Shown: piece after piece, positions 11,738 to 23,870 of the stretch | How positions within the stretch are numbered: the first letter of the stretch is position 1 | How the letters are laid out: every line of letters starts with the position of its first letter | Source: Torpedo marmorata | Taxonomy: Eukaryota | NCBI GenBank assembly: GCA_977017645.1 | Contig: OZ360226.1 | Coordinates: forward strand, 153,884,001-153,948,000 | Reading direction: 5' to 3' | Length of the DNA stretch: 64,000 bases | Notes under the pieces: generated by a model | What the model was told of the DNA's origin: nothing | Databases searched by the model: none | Seen by the model: only the letters and a program-made list of their open reading frames with translations | Translations under genes and position numbers: made by a program

Positions 11738-13327
11738 GCAGTCTGCCTTCAGGAGAATGAATCCAAGGAAAGCATCCACTCCAGAAGGAGTACCCGTCCG
11801 AGTACTGAAAACCTGTGCTGACCAACTGGCTAATGTATTCACAGATATCTTCAACATCTCACTCCGACAGGGTATGGTACCCACCTGTTTCAAACAGGCT
11901 GCCCAAGAACAGTATAGTAACCTGCCTAAATGACTACCGACCAGTGGCACTCACAGTAATGAAGTGTTTTGAGAGGCAGGTTCTGAAGCATATCAGCTTC
12001 TGACTGAGTGGCAACATGGATCCGTTCCAATTTGCCTACCGCAGCAACAGGTCAATGCCAGATACCATCTCATTGGCTCTACACAAAACCCTCGAAAACC
12101 TGGACAGCAACGATGCATACATCAGGATGCTCTTTATTGACTGCAGTTCGGTGCTCAACATCATCATTCCCTCAAAGGTATTCAGCTATCTCCAAGGCCT
12201 GGGCCACAATACCCCACTGTGCAATTGGATCCTGGATTTCCTCACCTCTAGACCCCAATCAGTGCAGATTTGGAAGAACATCTTCTCCACAATCTCCATC
12301 AGCATCAGAGCACAACAGGGTTGCGTACTTAGCCCCCTTCTCTACTCGCTTTACACCTATGACTTTGTGGCTCTGTACGACAACAACGCCATTTTCAAAT
12401 TTGCTGATGATACCACCATAGTGGGTTGTATAAAAAGTGACAATGAGTCGGCATACAGGAGGGAGATTGAAAACCTAGCTGAATGGTGCACTAACAACAA
12501 CTTCACACTCAATGTCACCCAAACCAAATAGCTGATTGTGAACTTTAGAAGGGGAAAACTAGAGGTGTGTGATCCAGTAATCATTGGGGGATCAGAGGTG
12601 GAGATGGTGAGAAAATTTAAATTCCTGGGAGTCACTATTTTGGAGGACCTTTCCTGGACCCATCATACTAATGTAATCGTGAAGAAAGCACGTCAGCGCC
12701 TCTACTTCCTCAGGAGTTTGTGTAGGTTTGGTATGTCAACGGAAACCTTGGCAAACTTATACAGATGTGTACTGGAAAGTGTGCTGACTGGCTGCATCAC
12801 GGCATGGTATGGGGGCACCAATAACTCTGAGCGGAAAGCCCTAGAAAACGTAGTGGACATAGCCCAGTACTTCATTGGCAAAATTCTCCCCACTATCGAG
12901 AACAACTGCATGGAACATTGCCATTGGAGAGTAGCAGCAATCATCAAGGATCCACACCACCCACCACCTACTCTGTTCTCGCTGCTGCCATCAGGAAAGA
13001 GGTATAGGTGCCACAAGATTCATACTGCCAGGTTCAGGAATAGTTGCTACCCCTCCACCATCGGACTTCTAAACAACAAACTCAATCAGACACTCATTTA
13101 AAGACTTACTTTGCTCATACTTTATTACTGATTATTTATTTTCTTGTATTTGCATAGTCAGTTTGTTTACATTTCTTTCTTTTGTATACAAATCTTTCTT
13201 CTAGAGTACAGTTTACAGTTACCAATAAGTAGAAATTCTGCCTGGCCTGCAGGAAAAAGAATCTCAAGGATGTATGTGATGTCATGTATGCACTCTGACA
13301 ATAAATTTTAACTTTGACTTTGACTTT
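11738..13327 (+). mobile_element. Rex1/Babar LINE, 5'-truncated reverse transcriptase pseudogene
   Basis: [81 protein letters not shown], with several stops and frameshifts. Tail AATAAA...(CTTTGA)n. Confidence 0.93.
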
Positions 13328-13519
13328 TGTAGCTACTTGTATGACCCTTGCATTGTGAAAATAATATTGGAAAAGCTAGAAACTGGAGTTCATACTCTTT
13401 TGGCATTCCAAACATATATCGTGCTGAAGTTCACTCCAATCTTCACAATTACACAAAACATTCAAGCACTTTGCACAATAATTCATGCACTTAAATAGGA
13501 CCAGTTTAGAACACATGAC

Positions 13520-13686
13520 TTATGAGATAGATACATATTTGAAAGGTTGAGCAATTGAAGATTATGGGGAACTGGCACAGAAGAGGAATTGAGGCCGGCG
13601 TAGATAAACCACGACCGTGTTGATTGACGGGGCAGGTTTGACGAGCTGAGTGCCTACTTCTGCTCATATTTTCTTGTGTTCTTGTG
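13520..13686 (+). mobile_element. CR1 3' tail fragment
   Basis: GATAGATACAT...ATGGGGAACTGGCA...GCCTACTTCTGCTC...TCTTGTGTTCTTGTG, similar to 2040-2195. Confidence 0.7.
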
Positions 13687-13864
13687 CCATGAGATTGTCC
13701 TGGTGACCATCAATAAATAAGAGAGTGCTTCAGAAACTCATGGCAGCTACTGTAGTGACAGAAAAGGCGCAATAAATTATGGGAAGTAGGTGGACATGGT
13801 GCCTCTTTACCCCACTCCTGCCCCATTCAAATATAGTGCTTCCTTATCCCACCCCTGCCCCATC

Positions 13865-14036
13865 CAAATGCTGTAGATGCTGGATCAATTAAAATTTCAA
13901 GTTAGAGAGGGATTGATTTCCATTAGTTCAGTTAAACTGAGATATGGAGCAAAGTCCCATAAGTGGAGATGGCATACTGATCAGATTAGCTGCTGGAACT
14001 GATTGGAGATGCTGACTAGCCTACTCCTGTTCCTAA
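13865..14036 (+). mobile_element. Older CR1 3' tail fragment
   Basis: GCTGTAGATGCTGGATCAATT...GCCTACTCCTGTTCCTA. Confidence 0.55.
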
Positions 14037-14420
14037 ATTCACACATTCATTGATTTATATATGTTCCCAAAGTCCCTAAAATGAAGCTGTACAATATAAT
14101 TGTTTGAATATTTCACAGTGAGGTTTTCTTTTCTCACTATTTTTTCAGAAAACCTTGTAAAATACCACCACTTAATTTCAGGGACAAGACTTTGTTTATT
14201 AATAATAATGGTTACATACACTGGACATAGAGTTTCCCAGTAATTGTTTGCACATTATTTCAAATAAACCTGTAACAATTATGTCACAATCATTAATCCT
14301 CTTATGTGAATACCATCACGCATCATTGACCTACAGCACTCTACCACTGCTGTCTGTAGTGACAGCTGCTGCAAGACGGAAAATGAAAAGAAACAGAAAG
14401 CCTACCACTACCCACCCACC

Positions 14421-14741
14421 NNNNNNNNNNNNNNNNNNNNNNNNNNNNNNNNNNNNNNNNNNNNNNNNNNNNNNNNNNNNNNNNNNNNNNNNNNNNNNNN
14501 NNNNNNNNNNNNNNNNNNNNNNNNNNNNNNNNNNNNNNNNNNNNNNNNNNNNNNNNNNNNNNNNNNNNNNNNNNNNNNNNNNNNNNNNNNNNNNNNNNNN
14601 NNNNNNNNNNNNNNNNNNNNNNNNNNNNNNNNNNNNNNNNNNNNNNNNNNNNNNNNNNNNNNNNNNNNNNNNNNNNNNNNNNNNNNNNNNNNNNNNNNNN
14701 NNNNNNNNNNNNNNNNNNNNNNNNNNNNNNNNNNNNNNNNN
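14421..14741. other. Assembly gap
   Basis: N run. Confidence 1.
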
Positions 14742-16619
14742 AACATACCAGTGATGACTTTTGGAGTTGTCATCAACTCTTTGGGTTCACATGATAATTA
14801 TAAAGTTTTGAGCTTTGGTCTCCATGGTTTATGATATCATCTGAATCCTTCAATTAGATTACTGCTTTATAATCACTTCCAGGTATCCATTATTTTTGAA
14901 ACAGTTTAGCTTTGGAACAGTTTGAAAAATGCCTGGAACCAGATTTGCTGAAATATGTGACCTTGACTTCTGACCCAAATCTTTGACCAACCATGCCCAA
15001 ACTTTAATGGGTTCAAGAGCTCTGTGTTGAGTGATTGGCCTGTAATTACAGGCTTTGACTCCAAAAGTTGTTTTGTAAACATGCAGCTCTCCATATAAAT
15101 TCTCCAAGTACTGAATTACAAGCATTGGCATTTTTATTGCAACAACATGCTTCCAACTTTAAATGTGAAAAGGAATAGTATGCAGAATATATAAAACCAA
15201 ATCATTTAAGTTTAAATTAGATGTTAAATATGCTGTTTAGTTTTTTTTCTATCTTTTATATGGATGTTCAACTAAAGTCCTAAGAAGAATTGCATTAGAT
15301 CATTGCAAGTTTTCAGTTAGCATACCTTTAAATAAGGAAGCATATTAATCCCTACTTTTATGTCTGACTGATAAAATAAGTGTGGTTTAAAATTGTCGGT
15401 ATCAGATGAATCAAGCCTGCTGATCAGCCTTTAAACCCTGACCTGTATACACTTCAACTAAGTGAAATAACATTTATTTACAGTCTGAAAAAATACATCA
15501 CCTGCGATTTTAATTAATTTGCAATAGGATTGCCAATAAACACCCTGAGAACAATTGCTTACATTCAAGTGTGTATATAAAAATATTATAAGCATTCAGA
15601 TTATTTTGTTTCATTTTATATACATATTTCAATATATTACATAAAACAAGAAATTTCATTGTGGCTGATTGGCATTTCTGGAACCCTGAAAGGCTCAGAC
15701 AATGTAAGAGACTCAAAATGTCCAATGAGCCTAAAGGTATTACCTGATGATTGTGTGATATTCTTATCTTTTCTGCTTCTTGCTGTTCAATCTAGAATTT
15801 CATTGCTAATGACCAAAAAATTAAGATGGTAATTACCACTGTTCCCAAGTGCTTATTCAAGGATACAAAATAATGGAAATGCATGCAATTGCAACAGTCC
15901 AAAGCAGAATGAAAAATGAGATTATAATTGTGGTAATACAGATTACAGTTCCAAAAATTGAAGAAATTAAGATTCAATGGTCCCAATGCTTGTATACAAA
16001 AGACATGATAGTGTAGTGACAACATTACTGGAGCAATGGTCTAAAAAATACATCAATGCGAAGTGGATTAGATTTAGAATAGATTAGTTGGTTCAAAATT
16101 GGTCAGATGTGAGGTGTTGTTAGCCAGTGATGGAGCTGTAATCTCTCACAATCTGTAACACTATAGCATTACACATCACTCAGATTACCAATACTAGTAC
16201 TAATCAAGAGTTCAGTAGCACCAGGCATAGCTAAACATGAAGTGCCAATCTGAATATATTCTAAACAATGGAGGTAGAACGCCATAGGCAGAGTTAAACA
16301 GTTCTACAACTACGATAACATCTTAAATCTGCCACATTTTGGTTTTAAATAGTGGTGAACAATTAAGCTAATCATATGAATACAAAAGCTGAAATATTAG
16401 TAGCTAACTTTATCTGAATATGTTGAATGGAAGATTCATTTTGGTTTCTTCTGAGGTTCCACTGTCACAAAACTCAGTCATCACTATTACATCAACATTT
16501 GAAGTGGGGATGGAGAGGGGATGATTTCCTTTGATCAGAAAATACTGTGCTTACAAGAGCACTTCAGAAGTTTAAGTATTCCGCACAGCCCAAATATAAT
16601 TTGTGATGGAATAGGGGTA

Positions 16620-17015
16620 TAATAACATGGAGATTAAATTAATGGATTAGCATCCAGGTAACTAGACCATTAACCTTGGAAAATGAATTTGAATCCCACA
16701 TAGTAGCTGGGGAATTTAAATGAAATGAAAAATTCCAGCTTCAGTAATTTCATTCACTCGAAGCAAATCCACCATCCTTACCTGTTCAGGTACCTGCCTA
16801 CATTTTGCTCATACCTTGATGAAGGGCTCAAGTCCAAAACATTGGTTATGTATCTTTATCTTTGCTGTATAAAGTACACTGTCGGCTGAGTTTCTTCAGC
16901 ATTATGTTTTTATTTTAATCCTTACCTTATTGTGACTCCAGGCCCATAACGAGTCTCCTCATTTCAGGGACAATTAGGGGAGGACAATATATCATCAAGG
17001 ATAGTAGTGCTCATG
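16620..17015 (+). mobile_element. tRNA-derived SINE remnant carrying a Penelope-derived insert at 16784-16917
   Basis: B-box-like TTGAATCCCAC, ATCCTTACCT...TGTGACTCCAG...GGACAATTAGGG, shared with the copies at 33.7 and 55.6 kb. The insert is flanked by the 10-bp TSD ATCCTTACCT at 16774-16783 and 16918-16927. Confidence 0.7.
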
Positions 17016-17632
17016 GTTTTTTTAATGCACAAATGCCACAGCAACCAAATATGGGCAGAAGGGTAATTAAACAAGATTATCAGTATAAGTCATGCAATAT
17101 TTCTCTGTTAGCTTCACAAAACATATCTTAGTCTCAAACTCCTCATTCAAATATATAAGAAATGTAAAATTTCACGAGAAGTCAAGTAATTTTAATTCTA
17201 AATATTCTTTCAGTGATGTGATGAGTGCCAGTCAATCTTTTTGACACTGTAAACTATTACCAATGTGAACTCTTTCCTTCAGATTTTAATTGAAGTTGAA
17301 GATTTAATTCTTCATTTTTCTTAAACCTACAATAGTATTTCAGTTTGGATGCTTAAGGGATATACAGATGGGTAAAAAGCAATCTGCTAAATTAACTCAG
17401 CGGGTTGAACAGTATCTGTAGGAGGGAAAGAATTGTTGACATTTCAGGTTGAAATCCTTCCTCAAGACTGATCATGGATAGCGAACAAAATGAGTTTGAG
17501 AAGGAAAGTGAGAGGGGTGAGACAAGGGCCAATAGGGGATTGGTGAACTAGGGAGGGGTGATGGATAATGGTCCGATGGAGCCAGGTGGGGGAGGGCGAA
17601 TAGTGGAGTTAGGAAACAGAAGATGATTGATA

Positions 17633-17635
<3 letters not shown>

Positions 17636-17666
<31 letters not shown>
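17636..17666 (+). repeat. (GA)n microsatellite
   Basis: Seen directly. Confidence 0.95.
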
Positions 17667-17669
<3 letters not shown>

Positions 17670-17717
17670 AGACCAAGATGGGAAGATGGGCCAAGGGAGG
17701 GTAAAGGTGGAAACAGG

Positions 17718-18087
17718 CTGGGGTGCAGTGGTAAATTTTTAGGTGCCGGAGCTCACCAAAACGGCCACAAGGAGGCGCCATGTTGTATTTGGCGCTGGGG
17801 GGGATGGGGGGTGGGGGTGGGGGGGTGGAGGAGGGGGGAGGGGGAGGGGGGAGGGGGCAGGGGGTGGGGGGGTGGGGGGTGGGGGAGGGGGGTGGAGGGG
17901 TGGAGGGGGTGGGGGAAGGGGGTGGGAGGGGGCAGGGCGGGGGGCGAGGTGCCGCTGCCGCTACCACTTCCGTGAGGTGCCGCTGCCACTGCAGCGAAGT
18001 GCCAGAGTGGCCCCGAAGTGGCCCTGAAGCGGCCCAGTGAGATGCCGGAGCGGCGCTCCGGTGAGCTCCCCCAGCACTGCACCCATG
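17718..18087. mobile_element. hAT-type MITE with G-rich core nested in the Penelope element
   Basis: Termini CTGGGGTGCAGTG / CACTGCACCCATG, subterminal GAGCTCACC / GGTGAGCTC, 8-bp TSD GAAACAGG / GAGACAGG (7 of 8). Confidence 0.7.
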
Positions 18088-19544
18088 GAGACAGGTAGTG
18101 GAGGGTGAAAAGTGGACTACCTGTGCTGGAACTTGATGTAATGAAGGTGATAATTGCAACCACTAGGGGAAGTAAAGGACAGATTGGACTGAATGGAATC
18201 AGAAGGAGGAAGGGAAGCAGAGGGTGGAATGTATGGATAGAGGTGGATGGAACCAGGAGGGTGATGAAAATGGGAGGGGAGGCAGGAGGTGGAAAACATG
18301 AAAAAGAGGACAATAATGGGTGGATCAGAAGAGCAGAGAGAAGGAAACACAGGGTATGAAAATTTAATGCTCATACCATTGGGCTGCGAACTATGAGGTG
18401 TTGTTCCTCTTGTTTGCTTTGGGCCTCCCTCTGGCAGTGGAGAAAGCTGAGGATAGGCAGGTCGGTGTGGGGATGGGAAGGGGAGATGAAATGACAAGGA
18501 ACCTGGTGCTTCGGATGGCCACTGAGGACAGAGTGCAGGTGCTCTGCGAAACGATCGCCCAGTCGGCACTTGGTCTCACTGATGTAGAGGAGGCCAATTG
18601 ATTACCCTATCATTTCAGATCCCAGATGTCCAGATTGCTCCACACCATTTACATCCAATTCTACCAGCAACTTACAGTTCAAAATACTGCTACCATTAAA
18701 TGGACATGAGCAAATCCACCAGTGGGAGGTGCTTATTACCATAACACCTGCCTGATATAATGATTTTTTTGCCCAGCAATTTAAATCACAAAAATGCCTC
18801 AACTAGAAGAGCTCAATTTCAAATATGTTGACCAGCAATTTAGTGGAACATTTTTCTGTTGTGTTTTTGCACTTTCAAATTGCCTTATCATGCATTTTGA
18901 TATATTCAATGAAGGTTCAAACATTGAAAAAATATGATAGAACTCTGGCTATTTTGTTTATGAAATATCAAATATTCCATAGGAGGCTGATATGATAAAG
19001 GTGCAAAGAGAGTAACTACTATTCCACAAGAATAAATGAAGTAACTCAAACATTATGACAAGACAGATATAATTATCCAGCCACCAAGCAGACAGGAAAA
19101 TGATTTATGCATCGGAATACCAATGTTTTAGTTGCTTTCTGTTAGAGGGTGCATGGAAGAATTTTTAGATTGCACAAAAGTTCAGCACTCAGACAATATG
19201 AAGTGTGTTAGGCTTGCTTCAAAAGAAATCTCCACTGTTGTGATTCAAGGTGGCTCCTATTTCACATAGGCTCAGAAAGTTGCAATGTACTTTAAACAGC
19301 AATGCCAGAAAAGGTGCAATGTGTTTTGTAAAATAACATGTTTGGGATAGTGAAACACCCATTTATTTTTCAAACCACTCATACTTTTCAAAAAGTCATC
19401 CTGATAGATTTACATTGCAAGCAACTGCTTTTCTTAAATTATTAATGAATAAGGTAGGTAAGCTTGTTTGGTAAACATGCAAATCTCAATATTTGTTTTG
19501 AGGAAGAAGATTTGATTGAGTCATCATGTGAACTGTAATAATAT

Positions 19545-19760
19545 ATCATCGTATCATAGAGTTTTACAGTACTGAAAATACTCTTCAGCCCAACTTGCTC
19601 ATCACGTGATCTACCCAACTTCCATTTGCCTGCATTTGTCCTGTATCTCTCTAAACCTTTCCTATTGGTGTATCTGTCTAAATGTGTTTTAAATGTCACA
19701 ATGGTACTCACCTCCACCACTTCCTCTGCCAGATTCACTATTCCACCCAGTTGTGAAAAT
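19545..19760 (-). mobile_element. CR1 3' fragment
   Basis: Minus strand EEVVEVSTIVTFKTHLDRYTNRKGLERYRTNAGKW matches the CR1 ORF2 end. Confidence 0.7.
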
Positions 19761-20489
19761 TTGGAATGCCACTTCATTATTCTTTGCCATGAAGATACTG
19801 GTACCATCCTCTGAATACTTTCATTCAGCAAAATAGAATATTTCACATTGACCATGATGAATAAAGCTTTCTTCAGTAAATCCACTCAAAATTGTATTAC
19901 GTCAAATGTAGGGCATCTTAAAAAACAATTGTGAATGCTTTTATATAAAAATTACCATACTGAAAAGCAATACATATAAATTGTCTTGAATACAAATATA
20001 ATTAAGTTAAATTTGCATTACACAGTAGTTTCTATTTGCTTTACTGGAAACTTTAAAGGAACTCAAGTGCAGCAGATAGTGAAGTACAATTCAGTTCCAA
20101 TTTACCATGCCCTATAATGTTAAGACAGAGGATTTCATCCATGATCTAAACCACGTTACTGTGCTGAACAGATGTCAGGCCACTCCCAGTTGAGAAGAAG
20201 GATAATCAGAAGATCAATCACCTCACAGCAAGTTACAGAGCCCCACTGAAAGCGAAAGGTAGCAGGCTGATTTCTCAGCTTTTGCATATTGTTGAAATCT
20301 TTGACAATATTCTTGGACAAGGAATGAAGAAAATACTTGTCCTTTGCAAGAAAGAAAATAATGAGTGCCTAAGAATTTGTGTTGCTATCTTGTGGAGTCT
20401 AACATGGTTAACTGAAATTTTTGGGCTACTGGGTTTTGACGATATAGAACATTGATTTTGGCATTAGCTTTGTTCAATTGGTCGATTTT

Positions 20490-20685
20490 CACCTCAGATG
20501 GGTTCAAACTCCATTTCCATATTTCAATATGTGGTCAAGATTGAAACCTCAGTGCAGACTAAGGAAATGCTCTACTGGGAAAAATAGTGTCCTTTAACAT
20601 TTAACTTGATGCTTGTTTGAGTGGATCCCCTGGCAGAATTCAAAGAAGAGTTTCCCTGCTGCTCTGGCCAATAAATCTACCGATA
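20490..20685 (+). mobile_element. Degenerate DeuSINE (SacSINE1/AmnSINE1-like) remnant
   Basis: GGGTTCAAACTCCA...CAGTGCAGACTAAGGAAATGCT...GATCCCCTGGCA...AAGAAGAG...CTCTGGCCAATA resembles the recalled Deu-domain consensus. Confidence 0.5.
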
Positions 20686-22077
20686 TTCTTCCTTCAATTT
20701 GCACCATCCCTATCTAGTTTGTAGAAGTTTAATGTGTGAAAACAGTAGTAACAATAACCAAATGTTTCAAACAACATTCTTTGAGATTTATCAAGGAACC
20801 TTATTTGGATTCATTGAATTACCAGAAAATAGATCTGAAGATCCCAAAATGCTCTACAACAAATAATTTATATCTGAACAAATACCACTTGTATTGGTGA
20901 GTGTGTCAGTTAATTGATAGAATTGTCGTCTGTTCAAGTTATGCTGTCTCCCAATTCTCTTAACACAGATTTTTGAAAGACTGTTTATTCTCCTTGTTCC
21001 TGATTATTTAAAGTTTCTGCTTTATTTAAGTTCTGAATTTTTGGTGTGAATTTCAAGAACATCAATTTGATGCCACTAACATACCGGTACTTTACTGAAA
21101 ATCTAAGGTATGGGAGAGAATACATATCATGAGGTTAAAACACACAGCGAACTCCCTTTGTACAATCAGACTGGCTAATCTGGAGTTCCTTGTGCTGTCA
21201 TTGTGCATATCAATAACACTAAACTTTGTTACAGTTAAGTTGCAGACATCTGCAAAACAATATGCTGCAGAATGTATAAAATCTTTGTATAGCTGTTGAT
21301 ATGATAAATGTGAGATCACATTTTTACAATAAATCTCTTTTAGATAGATAAGTTATGTACTTGATTTTTTCGCCTGAAACCTTTAGAAAAGGTCATTAAC
21401 AAAATTGGTCTGATTTCTTTGACATAGAAGATTTAAGTAATTTTACAAGGGATTGTGGGGATAATTTGGTAAACTAATGCATTTCCCTTAACAGCAGGAT
21501 GAAATATGTCAATTTTTAGTAGCTTAACATGTGTTTGTGTTTATCCTGAACAAAATTCCTTTCCTAGGTTCTCATACCTCAAATGAAACAATATCCCTTT
21601 CTACGAGTTGTATATCAAAAGGAACTAAATGAGGGCTGCAATTATACTGACCTGCAACTGGTAGCTGTGAAGCTGTACCTGTCTGTGATTTGCAATCTGT
21701 CTGTTAGCATGGTCCAAAACGCACGTCTGTCTGTGCACAAATATAGGCAGGCTTTCATTTCTTATTTCTTCTGAGGGTTGTCTTAAATTTGAAGGAAATA
21801 ATGATACTCAGAGTAAAGAATGGGGTTAATATCAGCAGGTCCAGAATTTATAGAAAGTACAGAATACTTTTGGAATTTTACTTTAGATTTAATTAGAATA
21901 GAATATACAGATGATGGGTTTGGGATTTCTCCACAAAACTACTAAATATTTCTTTATGGATGCTCTGCTTTACTTAGCCATGAGATACATCCTGGCAGAG
22001 CACCTCTGAATGAAAATTAAGCAAAGAGTTATGGGGGGGGGTGGGGGGGGGGGTGGAACAAACTGATAATCTGAAAT

Positions 22078-22207
22078 AAAACACAAAACTCTGCAGACAC
22101 CGTAATTGAAGTAAAAACACAATGCTGGAGAAACTCAGCAGGTCAGTGTACTTTATATAGCAAAGATAAAGATACATAACCTATAGCAAAGATAAAGAAA
22201 CATAATC
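22078..22207 (-). mobile_element. Short Penelope-derived insertion with 12-bp TSD
   Basis: Reverse complement of the 6487 and 16784 family. ATAATCTGAAAT at 22066-22077 and 22208-22219. Internal tandem duplication TATAGCAAAGATAAAGA(T/A)ACATAA. Confidence 0.8.
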
Positions 22208-23039
22208 ATAATCTGAAATGAATTGACCAAGAAGGATGCAGGTCAGTGTAGGCTGGCAAGAAGACCAGACCTTGACGCTCTGAAGATTGGGCTAGATGGT
22301 TCATTTTAAGATGGGTCTGTGCCCATGCAGTTGTCAAATGTATTAAAATAAATTAAAACAACGTGGGGGCAATGAAGGAAAGCAAATAGGAGTGTATTAA
22401 AACAGAATATTTGTAATGCATGTCATAAACATTTTTGGCTATGGAAATAATACTAACTGGATTGAATCAACATTCTGGATTCTTCTAGGATTTTGTTAAC
22501 TTGTTGTTCTGAAAATTTTGTGTTCCTTTCCTGCAACATCAAGAATATTGGTGTAAAACTGAAACAATTAAAACACTGATATTTTAGGCCATACCCTTAA
22601 GACAAAAATTATACTACAAGTATCTGTGATTAATTTAGAACTATGAAGATCGTTGCACGGATTTCTTAATGTCAATCGCAACGCCTAATTTGAAATGTTC
22701 ACTCCAAATATTTTCTGCGCTTTCATTGTGGGCGAAACAAACCGTACACTGCTTCTGTTAACACGAGATGGCGGTAAAGACTTAAGCAATTAGACTTTGA
22801 AGATCTTTTCTACTCTCTCCAGTCAGACAGCTGTGAGCTGGGTACTGCCTATTTTGGAAAATATTCAATTTAAGAATCGATTTTTGTATGTTTAAGATGG
22901 AATAATAAAAAATCTTTAGTTTTTTAAACGTCTTGGAATTGATCATTATCTAAGGTAATAACGTTAGTATTCTAATAGGCCAATGAAGATTAATTAACTA
23001 TTAATATGCAAAAATATTAGTTTCATAAAAACAAATACT

Positions 23040-23870
23040 TCGTATGCTGCCATAAGATAGAGACACAGAAAATGTTGTCAATGCTCAATTAGCCAGGCAG
23101 CTTCTGGGAAGGGAGAAACAGATTTAACATTTCAAAATGGAGATCTTTTGTCAGAACTGGAAAAATGTTCAGAGATATATCAAATATTAAGTTCCAGGTA
23201 CGCATAATTGTGGGGCTGGGGAAAAGAGACAAAAGAAACGGTCTGTGATAAAATGGAAAGTGGAAGAGATTAAATGACGAAAGGGAAGATGGTGAAAAAC
23301 ATGAACCAAACTAACGATGGATCCTAAGAAGATGTAAATTAGAACAGTAGAATAATTCATTGACATCGGTGAACACGATGTCTGTTGCGTGACCAGTCAA
23401 AAAGACAGGCGCTGTTACTTGAGTTCACACCGAGCTTCGTTGGAATAGTGTAGAAGGCTGTGGAAAGAGTGGCCAGGGATAAAGAATCACAGTGGCAGGT
23501 GGCCAAAGCTCGGGGTTTGCACTCATGAACTGAACAGAGGTGCTCTGTTAACCAATCGCCCTATCCATGTAAGCTCTCCCGTGTAGAACCGAGCTCGCCG
23601 CAAACACAGAATCTAGAGAAGTAAATTGTTGCTTTAAGGCGTTGGATGGTGGAAATGGAATGGGTAAAGGGGCAGGTGTGGCGTTTGTCCAGAATTGATG
23701 CGGAGGCGTTATTGGGAGTATGGGAGAGTGGCCACGGGACAGCAGAGGGAATGGTATGGGGAGCGAAAGCGTAAGGGAGGTAGCATGATGTTTGGTGGTA
23801 GCATCAGGCTGGCGATCAAAAATGGTACAAGATGATTCGTTGAATATAAGACCGAGAAAGTGTGCGGTAA
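23040..23870 (-). mobile_element. Old Penelope-like remnant
   Basis: Same tail architecture as the 17.4 kb element (ACAGAAAATGTTG...TTAACATTTC...TCAGAACTGG) and purine-rich body. GAACAGAGGTGCTCTGTTAACCAATCGCC corresponds to the DRFxEHL motif. Confidence 0.55.

Larger units (their letters stand above)
17370..18600 (-). mobile_element. Penelope-like retroelement 3' part (GIY-YIG endonuclease remnant and pyrimidine-rich tail)
   Basis: Minus strand reads LLYISETKCRLGDRFAEHLHSV...EEQHLI...QPNGMSIKFS. Tail has TCTTGAGGAAGG...CCTGAAATGTCAAC and ACCCGCTGAGTT. Confidence 0.82.

Noticed and set aside
14248-14776. Long ORFs containing X runs (also 55825-56287)
   Set aside because: Artefacts of N gaps
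16640-16720. tRNA-like B-box
   Set aside because: Head of a decayed SINE with no cloverleaf
17548-18359. Pro-rich and Gly-rich ORFs up to 203 aa
   Set aside because: Translation of the G-tract and (GA)n inside the MITE and Penelope element. The same applies to 36332-36605.
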